From the human T2T-CHM13v2.0 reference genome, Homo sapiens, in NCBI RefSeq assembly GCF_009914755.1, contig NC_060929.1: a DNA stretch of 64,000 bases. The stretch is one strand, 5' to 3'. The notes under the pieces were generated by a model that made no database searches, had not been told where the DNA came from, and worked only from the letters and a program-made list of their open reading frames with translations. The position numbers were made by a program, and so were the translations under genes. This document shows positions 25,048 through 38,999 of the stretch, in pieces; positions within the stretch are counted from its first letter, which is position 1; each line of letters opens with the position of its first letter.

Positions 25048-28000
25048 CTGAACAAAAAAGAAAAATTAAATACCACTCTAACAGCAAGTCAGTTTCATAA
25101 GAACTATCATATTCTAATTTTATCAAGGAAATAAACTATATGGAGCTAAAGCAATAAAATGAATAAAAATAACTTTTTTGTTAAAAATATATGGTATATC
25201 ACAGACAGGAGCAGATCAAGTAGTTTTATTTTTTAACAATTAAAATGATCTCATAAGTAATTTAACAAGTCATTTAAATGATGCAAACTATGCTTTTTTA
25301 AAGACTAACACTTGAAATGTATTTTTTTTTGTAAAAAGTTTCCTAATCTTTTTAATGAAATTAGGTGACAATTTCACCCCTGTTATGAAAAATTACCTAA
25401 ATCAGAGAGTTAATGAACCTTTATGTACCTGTGTATGCTAAGTAGGGCAGCTAATTCATTTCTGAAGGGAAAACAATCTCCTGTTTTGACAGCAGAGGTG
25501 ATAACGTCCCTCGTTATGCAAATAGGATGGACGATTATGAAAGTGCTATTTGATATATGTAAATGTCAACTAATTTAAATCTAAATCCTTTAATCTTACT
25601 TTAAAAAAATTATTGCTGTGAGAACACCTTAAAAATAATATGGAATATTTAATCTTAGATTACAAGCATCTATCAGCAGTGAGATCTTTTCTTTTTGAAA
25701 GCCCTTAAACTACATCTCAGATAACAAGAATCAAAAAAGATAAGCATTGACACAAAATAAATGGTGCAAAATTAAGATTATTCTTCAATTTATAACCATA
25801 TTTTTTATAACAAGCCATCCTTCCTTTAAATTTAAATATTTAGAAACAGACATATCATGTCTTTGTGGAGTAAGATACAAAATTGCAGAAGCTTCACATT
25901 ACATACTGGAGATCTCTGGGTCAGGAATTAAAATTAGAGAAATGATCATCAATAACATGAGATAAGCCCAAGAAACCCAGAATATTAAAAGTACATACTT
26001 TACTTGGTTTTAAATTACATCTGAAAATATTTGAACACAACGGAAGTTAATTGCTCTGAAATGTGAAAGTTAACAAGAAAGCATTCCACAATGGGTTTTT
26101 CAAGCAACAGCTCCAATTATTCTACTTCGTTTTAGGTCAATGAATGCAACAACTTTACACACTGCTCAGAATTTCCCTGTTTATTTTAGCTGGTGTCTGA
26201 CAACGGACCTGATAAATTCCCACATGTATTATGTAATGCTAAGCCAATGTCCTGGCTATTTAATAGATTGTTTGGCTCCAATTCAAAGTTCTTGGAACAG
26301 GAAGGCTGTTACACATTCGGTCTGACCATTAGCTGTCTTCTGATTTCTTTAATTTAATTTCCAAATTCTTTATCACCTTGGGTATTTTTTTTTTTTTTAG
26401 TTTTTGGTGATTATTTAATTGCAGAAGCTATTATGATATAATTACTTCTGGTGGATTAAGTGCTGCTTAAATACTAAGACTATCCATTCACTTTTGCCTC
26501 ACGCCTCTCTACTAAACTGCAGCTCAGTTCTGCCTCTCATAATATGTATGTTGAGTAACATTATGACCACACAGTGCTCATCAAAAACTATTGCTCCAGC
26601 TGTAATTTTAAATGTTGGAGGTGGTTCAAAATTCTAAAGAGTTATAGAAATAACACACATTTGACAAATACATATAAAAATAGTTATAACATATTGAAAT
26701 CACATTAAAATATGAAAAACCCACAAAGCATAATTGCATCATATATTTGATGTTGCTAGACACTGTCCATCTATTTTTAGAAAACGTCTTAAATGTCACT
26801 CAATGGGGCAACTTTCCTGTGTTTCCTATAGTCTTACCTTAGAAGCAAGCAGTGTGTTAGAATGGTATTTCCCATGCACGTTTAAGACCCCAAAGATACA
26901 AACAAGCTTTCTCTATCACAGAAAGCCAATCCATGAATCCACAGCAAATGCATATAGGACAATTTCCTTTCCTTTCATTTAGCTGAGGCCGGTGGCACTA
27001 TCGGCTTACAGGACTATGCCTGCCTAAGCGCTTATTCACTTCAAGGTGGAAGGTCAGGGTGAGCAGATTAGAGTGTGGTGATAAGGCAGAAGAGACAAGA
27101 ACATCTACAGATCCTGATTTCAAAATACAAATAACCAAACAAGCAGCAAAACATCCTTGGAGAAAAGTCTCAGAAAGACAGAGAGAGTTCCTGATGAACC
27201 AAACTTAGGAGAGTTCCTCCATATCATCACCCCATATTTCACAACTTTGAATGAGACCATTTTTAAAAAGAGCAGAGCAAGGACTTAAAAAAAAATTTCT
27301 TAAAACATGCTGGAAAAAAATTTTGCCAAAGAGAATGTGTGTATGTATCTATGTATATATAAGTGGTTGATAAAAATGCCATTGAATATATTTTCTTTTT
27401 TGAAATATGCAAAGCAATGTAGAGAGAAGCAAGTTTAAATTTCAATAGAACTAAACTTTTGTTTTCTGTATAAATATTTCTTGAGGTATTGCCTTCAGAA
27501 CATTTCTAAAATCCAAAATTTAGTATGAAGTACACGTGCAGAGTAATATGTGGTGATGATGACACTAAGTAACTGGTCATGAAGTAAAGTCTATCATGAA
27601 ACGTGGTTTAGAACATTTGATTATGGGTCACCACATTTCAAGGCTGTCACTAAAAATTTAAAGAATTAGGAAGGTCAACAATAGCTCACGCATTGTTTTC
27701 TTAGCACAACATTTTCTCTAACCTAATTTTTATGCAAAAACTATATTAAAAGGTCAGTTTCAAGTATCAATTTGTAGGAGGCCTAGAGAGGCGAAGAAAG
27801 AGATTATTTAACTTTAGTAATCTGTAAAACTGTTTTGTGTGTATATGAAAAAGGAATATAACAGCTAGCCTACATGTAGTAAAATTTCAAGTTATGCTGA
27901 GAACTTTCATTACGTACAATCAACCATAAGCTTAAAATAATTCCAACAGCCTTGCCACTACTTTTTTTCCACAGGAAAGAAGCATTCTTAGAAAATGACA

Positions 28001-28335
28001 GAGCTACATATAAATAATCACTAATTTAAAAAAAAAAAAGATGAAGAACTGCTCTACTATAGTTACACTCTATAGAATTACAGTCTTCTGCATTTTTTTT
28101 TTCTAAAGAAAAAATGCCAACCCAGATAAAAGAAAACTAAAATGAGGCTGCTTACTAAAAAGGGGAACTTCATTATGGCAGGCTTCTGCTCATTTTGAGT
28201 TTGGCATAAGCAGGCAGATGAAGGCAAAGTGGTTTGAGACCCAAGTCGAGAAGAATTTCTTCTGGACAGATGCTAAAGATCATTCTCCCACTGGGCTATC
28301 TCATTTACAAACAAGTTCCCTTGAGTGACACATAC

Positions 28336-28700
28336 CTCCCCCCTCCATTTCCCTCCTCCCTCCCTCACTCTTTCTTGCCCTCTTCCTCCCTCCTTCCCTC
28401 CTACAAATCTCTCCCAGTAGCACAGAAGAATTTTGACAGAATGGCAGGAAACACGCACACAGACTGGTCAGGGAAGGATATGATGTCAGCAACCACGAAC
28501 AATAAAAGGTGTAAAGGTGCTTCCTTCCCTAAACTGTTCCAGAAGTGTAAAATGGGAACCAAAACTCTCCACTTCCTTCTCTGAGCAGAACCGTCTGAGT
28601 GTGCTGTGCTGCACACCCCACACACAGAGGCCTTGGAGAGGTTCAGATAAGGGACAATGAGGACAATTCAGACCGGGAGCGTGATTTTTAATTTCCATCT
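28336..28700 (-). promoter_or_regulatory. Candidate alternative promoter/first exon or enhancer of MEF2C
   Basis: Non-repetitive, GC-richer block with ETS cores (caggaaac, gcttcctt, cacttcctt), GATA (agataa), SOX-like ACAAT sites and a minus-strand donor GAG|GTATGT at 28335. Confidence 0.5.
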
Positions 28701-30269
28701 TTAAAACACCTGAGAAAAATTCATGTCAGCTCTAGGTTAGTGTTTTATTATGATTGCTTTAAGAAATGAAAATAAGAAAACAAACACATTGACTTCATTG
28801 AAATAGCAGATATATCTCAGTTATTGTTTACCAGGCCTTACAAAAGTCATCGTACACAGTTAATGCAGTCATATAATTGGAATTTACCCTTTGAGGCAAA
28901 TGAAAAATATGCAAGCAAAGAACCAAAATAGATACATTAAAACTTTTGGTTAAAAAAAAGAATTATGAAAACCGGCAAAAAAAAAATCAATGCATGCTGG
29001 TAAAATATGCTAATCATTTGTTTGCTCCCACATTAAAAAAAAAAAAAAAGATATACTGAGGGGGAAAAGATTCTTATGGTTATTGAGTTTCTCGAGGTTC
29101 TTTAAAAAAATTCAAACTAGGAACCAAAGTGAATAACACAAACTCTGCATCTATAGTGAAACTATTTAATCTCCTCACTATTAGGTTCTTTCTAACATGG
29201 AAATGGCATTCTACATAAGGTTTCTGTAGGAAGAAAACCACATATCAAGCGTATCTGAGTCATCATCAGATTTCAATCATCTTCCCACAACACTTTGATT
29301 TAGAAGTTAAACATAACCTTCAGTTATGTGTTTTGATCTTAGAGTGAAACTGCCATGCCACATTAAAAGATGTGGGAAGAAATTAATTCTCTTCTGCTAA
29401 ACTTATCTTTGCAAAGCATGTATTTTGCTGCAATAAGTACAATGCAGTCACTTAAATAAAAACAGCCTATGAATAATGGTAAAACATTGAAATATGTGAT
29501 GTCAATTTTCAAAAAAAAATTCCGGTTTTCTTTGATTCATATTAGCAGATCTTTTTGATTGACTTACATTTTCACTAACACTAGTATCCTCAAATAATGT
29601 TTTGTAAAAACTCAAAGCTGAAAACTGAGCACACTCTATCACACAACACTAAATAATACTGTTAAATAAATACAAGCTGGATACATCGTAAGGGGCAAAA
29701 ATGATCATAAGCCCAGTTGCTGCAAACCTAGTATTGCTAAATCAAATAATTAAATGATTCATTATCTTTTTAAGTGGAAAACTTTGCTCAATATGTTACA
29801 TCTAGTTACATTTAGGTTTCTATTTTGTGATTTGTTTGATAAAATGTATGAAGCATGCAATTATATTTTGGTTAAAAGGAACAGGCAGAACTTTTACTTT
29901 TTTTCCATTAGGAGCTATTCTGAACTTCAAAAGGTATAACCAAATTACTACTCCTATTGATGCTCGACTGCGTGATGTCTTGAGTTGAGGAGGATTTCTT
30001 TGGCCTTGAAAGTTGCTCCATTTCTCTCTAAGCTTACCATGTATTTTATAAATATACCATTACCTTAGCTATGAGTGCATTCTGAGTTTATTTCCAAATC
30101 ACATACCCAAGACTCACTCTTCTAAGGGTAATAAAAGAACAGCTATTCTTTTCCACTAGATAAATACCATCATGCCATATGCCAATTTATTTTCCTAATT
30201 TATTCCAATTTAGTATCAATATGAATTTCAAACCATCTTCAAGTCTCAGTAACATAGTACCACATATAC

Positions 30270-30650
30270 AAATAATGTTGACCATCTTTTCCATTTCCTC
30301 ACATCTGCCATGCTCCTTCCTGCCACTAGGCCTTTGTGTACTAGGCAATTCTTTCTGCCTGGATGTTCCTCCTTTCCTTTTGTACCTCCTTGACTTCTCC
30401 TCCCTTCTGTCTCAGCTTCAGTTTCACCTCCTCAGGAAGTACTCCACGCCCTCCTGATGACATCGAATTTCCCTCTCATAAGATCTAAGCACTGAGTCCT
30501 TCTCCTTTGCAGCACTCGCAGCAATTGAAACTGTATGTTTGCTTGTCTTCCTCAACATCTGTTTTATTTGTTTGTTTCACCGTTTTATCCACAATATATA
30601 CCCTAGTGTCAAACATATAGAAAGAGCTAATGACTATTCGTTGACTGACA
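30270..30650 (+). mobile_element. L2 fragment
   Basis: ggcctttgt...ttctttctgcctggatgttcctcc...tctcagcttcagtttcacctcctcaggaag, typical L2 3' text. Confidence 0.65.
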
Positions 30651-33600
30651 ATCAGTTAAGATGTGTATCTCTCAACTGACGTATTTTCTTTTCTTCAGCT
30701 TCTACTTTTACTGACTACTACTAAAAATATTTTACTATTTTTGCTTACACAGAAGCAGATTGATAACCTCACTTAATACTTCGCCATATTTACATAGCAT
30801 CTCCTATGTGGAATTAGAATAATTGATACTGAGAATTGGAAGTTAAATGGATTTTGGGGTCAGAAAAAACAGGGTTAGAATTCTAGCTTGGTACTTGGAC
30901 GCTGTGTGACTCCAGACTGATTATTTAATCCCTTGGAACTGTTGTTTCCTTGCCCTACCCATAACTGGGAAAAAAATCTTCATTTGTAGGATGGTTATGA
31001 TCATAACATGTGGTACTATATGTGAATCCTGGGTACACAGTAGTACTGGGAACATGGCCTGCTGCTCGTATGATTGCTTCCGTTTGAAGGCATAAAGTGA
31101 AAGTCCTATCATATAGTAATGCTATCAAGTGAATAGTGTAGTCCTTACATTTACCAGGAAGATCTCACTTTCCAAAGCTAATGATTAGCAATTCTGACAG
31201 ATAATGCCTCATTTATCCTGTAACAATAATCACCAAATGAAGAATAAATTTACAGTGTTAAAAAAATTAAGAAGTTTCTCTTACATATCAGCTACGGAAG
31301 AGCTTCAGGCTGCAAAAGTGGAAATAACTAGGGAAATACATCAATTTTCCCCATGACCACGGCTGCTGAAAACTCTACATTAATGCTTCTAGTCCTACTT
31401 TAATATCTTTCCCCAAGGACAAAAAGAGATGAAATGTATGTCAGAAATATAATAAGGCTAAAAAGGAACTCGTTTTCTTAACCCCTGCAATTAATTTAAT
31501 AAGTGGGCCTAACCTGCCATTATCCCTGACATACATCATTTTATTTACACAGTTCCAGAATTTAGGAGACACATACCTTTATACAATTGTATTGCATTAT
31601 AAACAATTTAATAACTGTGAGGGAAGCACAGTCTCCCTGTCATAGTTATCCATGGTCTATTTTGTCTTGGACACTTTTTTCACACTGCAGCTAAAATAGC
31701 ATTCTCTATTCCCATGCCAAAATAAACTCCAAATGGTCTAAATATGTGAAGAACCTTGTGCTATCCAACCCTACCACAGCTTTTAGTCTTTCCACATCAT
31801 ATTAGGTAATTAATTCAGGGTTCTATCATGTCTTTGTTTTTCTAATTTTTCACAACAGTGCAGCCACCATGTTTTCTTTCAAAGGCCTCTGAGTGATGTG
31901 GTAGGGCTCACCACAAAGGTAAAGCCTGCACTGTCTTATGACAAAGCAAGAGCTACAATTTAACATCAGATTGTGTTCTGTTCCCCAGCTCTAACCTCTC
32001 AGTAAGCACATGCAGCTGGATTTTTGTTGCTGTTATTGAACAAAGCAAGTTAAGCACTATACAACATCAACCTCAGTCAAACAAAATAGTCTGTAAAGCA
32101 AGCTAGGCTAGAAGTTGGAGATGTTGCTATTATAGATTTTCATGCTATTATGATAAAAACATCTAAATTCCCAGGCATCTCATGACCCTGTTAGAAAAAA
32201 ATTATGTTCGTTATATTCTTCATCTTTAATATATCATATTTCACGATTAAAATGGAAATACTCTAAAAATATTTTTCTCATATGCCTATAAGTGTTGAAC
32301 ACATATTTCAGTCTTACTGATACATTTGTGCATGTGTGCACATGTGTGCACAGCACATGGAAAAACACATTTTAGTCTGTCGAAATGTGTAAATAAAACA
32401 ATAAGAGTACATTTTAAGACACCTGAGTTGTCTTGAGTATTATCACCAGTAAATAATCACAATATTATTAAGATCGTGGTGTGAATGCCTAAAAGGACGT
32501 TCTCAGTAAAAGCTTTATTTTACTCTGCATTCAAATATTATGTTAAATGATTGAAAATTATGTCCTTGAAAATAATTTGCTTCTTTCATTATTTATTTTC
32601 CAATTTACTTAACATTTAAAGATGACCTTGAAATGGGAAGAAATACCATTGTCCCCCTGCCAATGTTTTTGTTGTACATTAAAGAGAAAATGCTAGATAA
32701 ATCATCTGTTATTTAAGTGGAATGTCATTTATTTTTATCTCTAAACCTTCACATTTAGAAGGTTTACACAGAAACTTTACATGCTCAAATATGTGATGTT
32801 CAAAATGCTATAATACTATCTCTCAAAATATATATGATATTGCTATTATATGTGGCTCAACATGGAACTCAGTGATTCATCAATTTTTCTATTTCTCTTC
32901 ATCTCTTTTACAGCATCCTAATCAACCTAATTAAGGCTTTGTTCATCTGAAACCTCTGATGACAATTTGTTTAACTCTATCCCACTGTGGTCTTCTTATA
33001 AGGAGAATTAAATCTGATCTTCTGACAGCAATCATTAAATGATCCCAACTGGCCCCAATTAAACCACATGGCTCATGGGCTTCCATACAGTCAAGTGCCA
33101 AGTTCTCTGTTTCATTCACACATTGTTCTTGGTTTATTTTCTTAAAGCCAGTTAAGCATGTGTCTTATCAAGTGGAACTAAATTTCCTTATGTACATTAG
33201 CTCCAGACACAGTGTGTCAATTGACTGCACACCAAAGTATCACATAGGACTTCTGAAGCCATTCTATACAGCTGCAGAGGTACTAGCGAAAAAGAATCTT
33301 TACATTTATTTACTCATCCTGAAATGGACCCACATGTACATTCTCGAAATAATACACGTGTTTAAACAGTTCTGGCTAACATAAATCAATAATAACTTTT
33401 ATTTGGCTTGCTTATAATGATCTTTTAATAGAAATTCTCTGCATTTAGAAGTTGGGCTTAATATTCTATTTTTTTTTTAACATTTGAAATTATCTCTTTA
33501 CCTCCCTCTAAAAAAGCAGTACCAAAGTAAGACTTCTGAAGTTAACCTTTCTTACCCTTAATTTCTGCTCTAATTTTTTCACATATGCCCAATTGTAAGT

Positions 33601-36600
33601 TCTGTAATGATGTTCCCAGGCCTTCCTACAAGCGCAGGTAGCCTCAGGATTTAGAGCTCATTGATTGTGTGCTACTCCAGGGAAATGACTGATTAAAAAC
33701 AGCCTCATGAGGAGGAGTAGCTCCTATTCACATCTGGCTCATCTGATTCTAAAGTCTAATACCTGTATGAAGATTTGATCCATAGATTTAGATTTTGAAC
33801 AACTGCAGCAGTTTACCTAGAATATTTTGATGTCAAAGCAGAAACAGTTAAATTAATCCCACTATGACTGGTGTCTGACACAGGTTCTGAAGGCTTTAAT
33901 CAATTACCCTACTTTCTTGTGAATATAAACAAATACACTGTATTTTTATATATATTCTAATTATGGCTATCACTGATCATCTGCTGGTACTTGATGCAGG
34001 CTGTCACAGTTCTCAGAGCAGATGGATTAGAACATATCTGTTCATCCTAATCATACATTAAAAACTGTTAGAGAATTGAAATACATGCTATGCATCTTAT
34101 AGGACATTAGCCTTGATGGGACATGTAATTGTTCTTATGACTCAACCAACAGATGTTAACTGCAAAGAAAAATGAAAATACAATGGAATTTTTAACATAG
34201 TGATAAATTTGGTAATGCCAGGAAAAACATTATGTGCATTTTCTTTATGATAATTAAATATATACCTGATCATCTATTCACTTAATAACTGTATCCCTCT
34301 CAAGAGGAAAATTCAAAATATTTGTTACAAAATGCTGATGATATAGAAAATACTTACCAGCCTTACAACTGACTGACTTTTAAAAATGTGTAATAAATGT
34401 ACTAAAATTTTAGCAAAGCAGTACAGACACTGGATGTTGAATTATGAAATATTTCTCATGTATTATAGTAATCTCCAATAAGATTTGATGTTAATTTTAG
34501 AGCATGCTTCTGCTAAAAAGGGCAAACCCTGCAACAGATTTAGTACAAAGAAGCTGAAAATATCCTGTGGAAAAAAAAATCTGTAGAGAAATCAGCCAGC
34601 CCAAATCCTGCCATTACTCAGCACTGTAGTGACGTGCGGATGTTTGTAGTGGTTTGAGGAGCCAGCAGGGGTGGAAACTCTACGTACTCGACTCCAACAT
34701 GATTGCAATTGAACCTCATCAAAGTAAGAGCTCATAATTTGTCACAGAAAACAGCCAATTAACATATGTTAGAAAAAGGCTTCATAAAGATAATATATGA
34801 TTAAAGACCCAGTGCAGCTGCTGAAAATCAAAACTATGCATTTAAAAAAGAAATCTCAGCCTGAGCTTCCGTATGGTTAAACTGATAATGGCTACTACGA
34901 TTTTTTTTAAGTAGAAAAATATAATTATAGTGCTTCTTATAAGTTTGGGGTTATGGCAAGGGAGAACTGGGTACTGTGGCACTATTTACTATTCCTTACT
35001 TAGTTCTATAAATAGTTGAAGCCCTTGCCAAAACTCTGTAGTTACTTTGTTATAGTGCTATTTTAAAACACAGACCTTCATTGTGAGCTAAATGGCCTTC
35101 AGGATGCACTTTGTAGTTATAGCATTCCTCTCAAAACTATATCCTCCCTTTATCTGTGCAAAACTCCAGAACAAGAGACCTCTCCATGACTGCCCTGGCT
35201 CACTGTAAAACATGCTGGGGCTGTGTAACACACTGTTCGAATACTTCAGAACTTCTCTCAGGGTGGTGGGCAGGCAGGGTGACAGTTAAATGTCAGAAAT
35301 GAGATTAAGGCACACACATGGAGTTCAGGTCCTCTAACAGAATGCAGTCCACGCTACCTGCCACAGCTTTGGAGCAGACCAATTACATGTAACATACTTG
35401 GTGTATTCTGATTGTAGATTTCAGGTTGGAGTACATGGGAATCAAACCCTGGCTAAGTCACTGTAATGGGGTATACCATGAGCCAAAATCATGATGCTTA
35501 ATATCACAGATATCAATGACAAAATTCAATCAGTCACAGAGACATGAAGTTGTCAAGCATGATGCTACGTGCCATGGACACCACTGAAAACAAAACAGAA
35601 GGTCTCAGTCTTCATGAAGCTTACGTTCTAAGGGGAAAAAGGGCAACACACAAGTGCACCAATATGATGATTTTAAATACAGAAGTGCTATAGAGAAAAT
35701 ATCGCAGTGGAATGGACCAAGGGGTGATGAAGTGGAGAAGGGCAGAGGTGGCTATCTATTGGGCTGATTTATAGGGAGGGGTTATTTGAGGAGATGACGT
35801 TTGAGGAAAGCCCTAATCCACAATGGAGTCAGACATTATTTGGAGGATGAATACTCCGTCACTGTGCCTGTCACTGGTGGTACAAGCCTGGCCAAGTCAT
35901 AGTTTTCTAAACCCCAGTCTCTTTCTCTATAGAGTGGGAATAGTAACAACATACACATTCTATTATGAGGTTGTGAGGCTCAAATAAAAGACAAAACCAC
36001 ACTCATTTGTAAAAATTCAGATGGATACAACTCAATTTCATACACTAATTGTGTAAACTTGCTTCCTTCACTGATATTATATAATTTTATAAAAATTGTA
36101 AATACTTTGAAGCTCTAGGAATATAGCATAATGCAAAATGTTTCTAAATTGACATCAATTGAGTCCAAAAGCATCCCTCTTCCCTTGAAATGTGAGTATT
36201 TCATGATGGCAATGGCCACTGGTTGAAACACCTCTTTTCATTTCACAATGCTAACTATGGATAACACCATGAAGAATCTGATAAATACAATGCAAAATTT
36301 CTGCAAGTGTAAAATATAGAATTATATAAAAATCACACTTTTTAAAATTTGAGAAAAAAACAATCTTACAACCGTACTAATGTAACTTGTCAGTGGGCTA
36401 GGTTGATTTATTTCATCTCTCAAAGGACCCAACTCCCAAGTAATCAGCAGAGCTTTGATTAAGATGTCAGCAGTATTTGAAAATCCCAGTGTCTCACAGT
36501 ATTGGAAATATTCATGTATCTTTGGACATCCCCACCTATAGATTAAGCTGTGTAGCCTCAAGCCCAACAGATTAATTTCCAACTTGGAATGAATAGACAA

Positions 36601-36650
36601 ATTGAATTATCTAGTATTTTAAATGAAAGCGTTTTTAAGAAAAAAATACA

Positions 36651-36953
36651 GGCCTGGCGCAGTGGCTCATGCCTGTAATCCCAGCACTTTGAGAGGCCGA
36701 GGCATGTGGATCACCTGAGTTCAGGAGTTCGAGACCAGCCTAGCCTACATGGTGAAATCCCGTCTCTACTAAAAATACAAAAAGTTAGCCAGGTGTGGTG
36801 GTGGGTGCCTGTAATTCCAGCTGCTCGGGAGGCTGAGACAGGAGAATCACTTTAACCTGGGAAGCAGAGGTTGCAATGAGCTGAGGTTGCACCATTGCAC
36901 TCCAGCCTGGGCAACAAGAGAGAAACTCCATCTTAAAAAAAAAAAAAAAAAAA
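36651..36953 (+). mobile_element. Alu (AluS-like)
   Basis: ggcctggcgcagtggctcatgcctgtaatcccagcac...gaaactccatct plus poly-A. Confidence 0.95.
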
Positions 36954-38999
36954 GGAAGGATTATAAATTCTAATAAATAGAAAATTAAAGGACAACAGGC
37001 TCCCACTTTAATTTTTAAGGTTGTGAAACAGAAATGCCTAATGACAAATGATAGTATTTTAAGGAAAGGTCAAAATTTCCTATGCCTTAAGGAATTAGGG
37101 GTATATATTTTCAATTCTCCCTCCTCTTTTTTGGAGGAAGTTATAAATAGATTTGATTCTCTATTCCAAACCATTTCTTCTAATTTCCTGTTTGGTGAAC
37201 ATAATTTATCAGTTTTAAAATAGGGTAAGTTATATAATTTACCATGAAGCCTAAATGAACACTTATCGATTTTCATTTACAATCAATCAAATGCCCTACA
37301 AAAGAAACATAAATCTGAAAGTTTTTTAAAAATAAAAACTATATTTTTCTTTTCTAAATGTATCATGGTATAGATATTATAACAAAAAATTGCATTTGAT
37401 TTTCTTCTCAGTGCTAACCAATATTTCACATTGCATTCTCACCTCCCTCCCTGTCTATCTAGTAGGATGACCTCTGGGATACATTTGCTTCACCCTCCAA
37501 AACCCAGTCATGACTGCATACAAACCAGACATGGAAATATGAGTTTCTCCTCTCTACTTGTAGCATTCCCCACTCCAGTTTTTCATTTCATCACCTTTCT
37601 TTATCTCTTTTTCCACATGTTTGGAACTGAGGGGATATGGAAAGTGAAACTGTCAAAGAGCTAGGAATAGAGGTGTTCTCAGACGAGCAAAATGTTTCCT
37701 CCATACAATCCAGGCAGGGCAAGGACAGGCACGCTGCAGAGGGATGTTGCCCTGGGCCAGAGTGAGCTGAGACAGTTTCTAGGCCGAAGGCCTAGCAGGA
37801 GGCTCCTTATCTCAGCATGTCTACACATTCTGTCCCAGGCTGTTTTCAAGGATAGCCCAAGTCATCCTCGGCAGATAACACTAAACGGAAAGTATTACAG
37901 TGCTTCCCCTGTAAAAAAGATCAGGTACTATAGATCAGAAGTTACTAAAATGGATCCTATTTTAGCCTGATTCTCTCAAACCTAGACTCTAAAAGAAAGC
38001 ACTCTCGGGTGGAGGCAAGCTCACGACTTTCCTTTCCTTAGAGATCCCAAAGTGCCTAAATTAGCATTCCCCAAAGTGGATTCCAGAGATTACTGGTTCC
38101 TAAGATTTTAACAAGCTGTTTCTCAAAAAAAAAAAAAAAAAAAAAAAAGTCAGGAAATCAAATCAAATATATTTGGAAAACTGATTTATTTGTTATAGGA
38201 CTTTTCATATTCTTCTACATGCTGAATGTCATAATCTGGACTATTTCCCAATATATTTCAGATATCCCTTGGAAATGCTAGCTTTAAAGAAAATAACAAG
38301 CTTCTTCCCATTGACCAATGAATACACTGCAGTGCTGAAATACTTCAGACCAATACTTGGCTCAGTGCTTGGCACAAGGAAAATACAATAGTATTGCTGA
38401 AGACATGATAAAACAATGGAAAACTTTTTTTTTTCAGTTTTATAAAAAAAGTGCAAACATAAGATCAGGTGCAGAAAATTGCTGTTCACTTGAAGTAAAA
38501 GTATTAATAAATTATTTTGCCATTAAAGAGTGCAATTTGTTTCCAAACCGCAAAGCACTAAGCGCAAAGCAATACTGCACAGTGGAAAGAAAGCTCCATT
38601 TGGAGTCAGACTCTCAGTTGGGTTCGCTAGCTGCATATCTTTGGGCCAGTCAACTTCTTTAAGTCTCATTATCCTCAGACATAAAAAGGGAGCCGGGTTC
38701 AGTCTCTAAGACCCCTTTCAAGTTCCTAAATGGTATGCATTCAATAAAGGAGGAAAACAAAACAAAACAAAACAAAAATGAGGGTTGGAATGATTCTCAC
38801 AAAAGTATCATCCTACAGAAACAATAAATTGACAAGTTATTGTTTGGATAAATAGAATTGTTTTCTTCCATATTTTAAAATATTGAAGGATATGTTCACC
38901 TCAGCCTCAAGCAATATAAACAGTTAAGACTAAGGTTTCATTATGCACTTTGGACCACTAATCACATTTAGAAGTTTAATAAATACATAATAGCTAGGA

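Noticed and set aside
35006-35015. Perfect MEF2 site CTATAAATAG (others at 16963, 37141, 59931, 62097) suggesting autoregulation
   Set aside because: YTAWWWWTAR is expected many times by chance in 64 kb of AT-rich DNA. It needs ChIP or conservation support.
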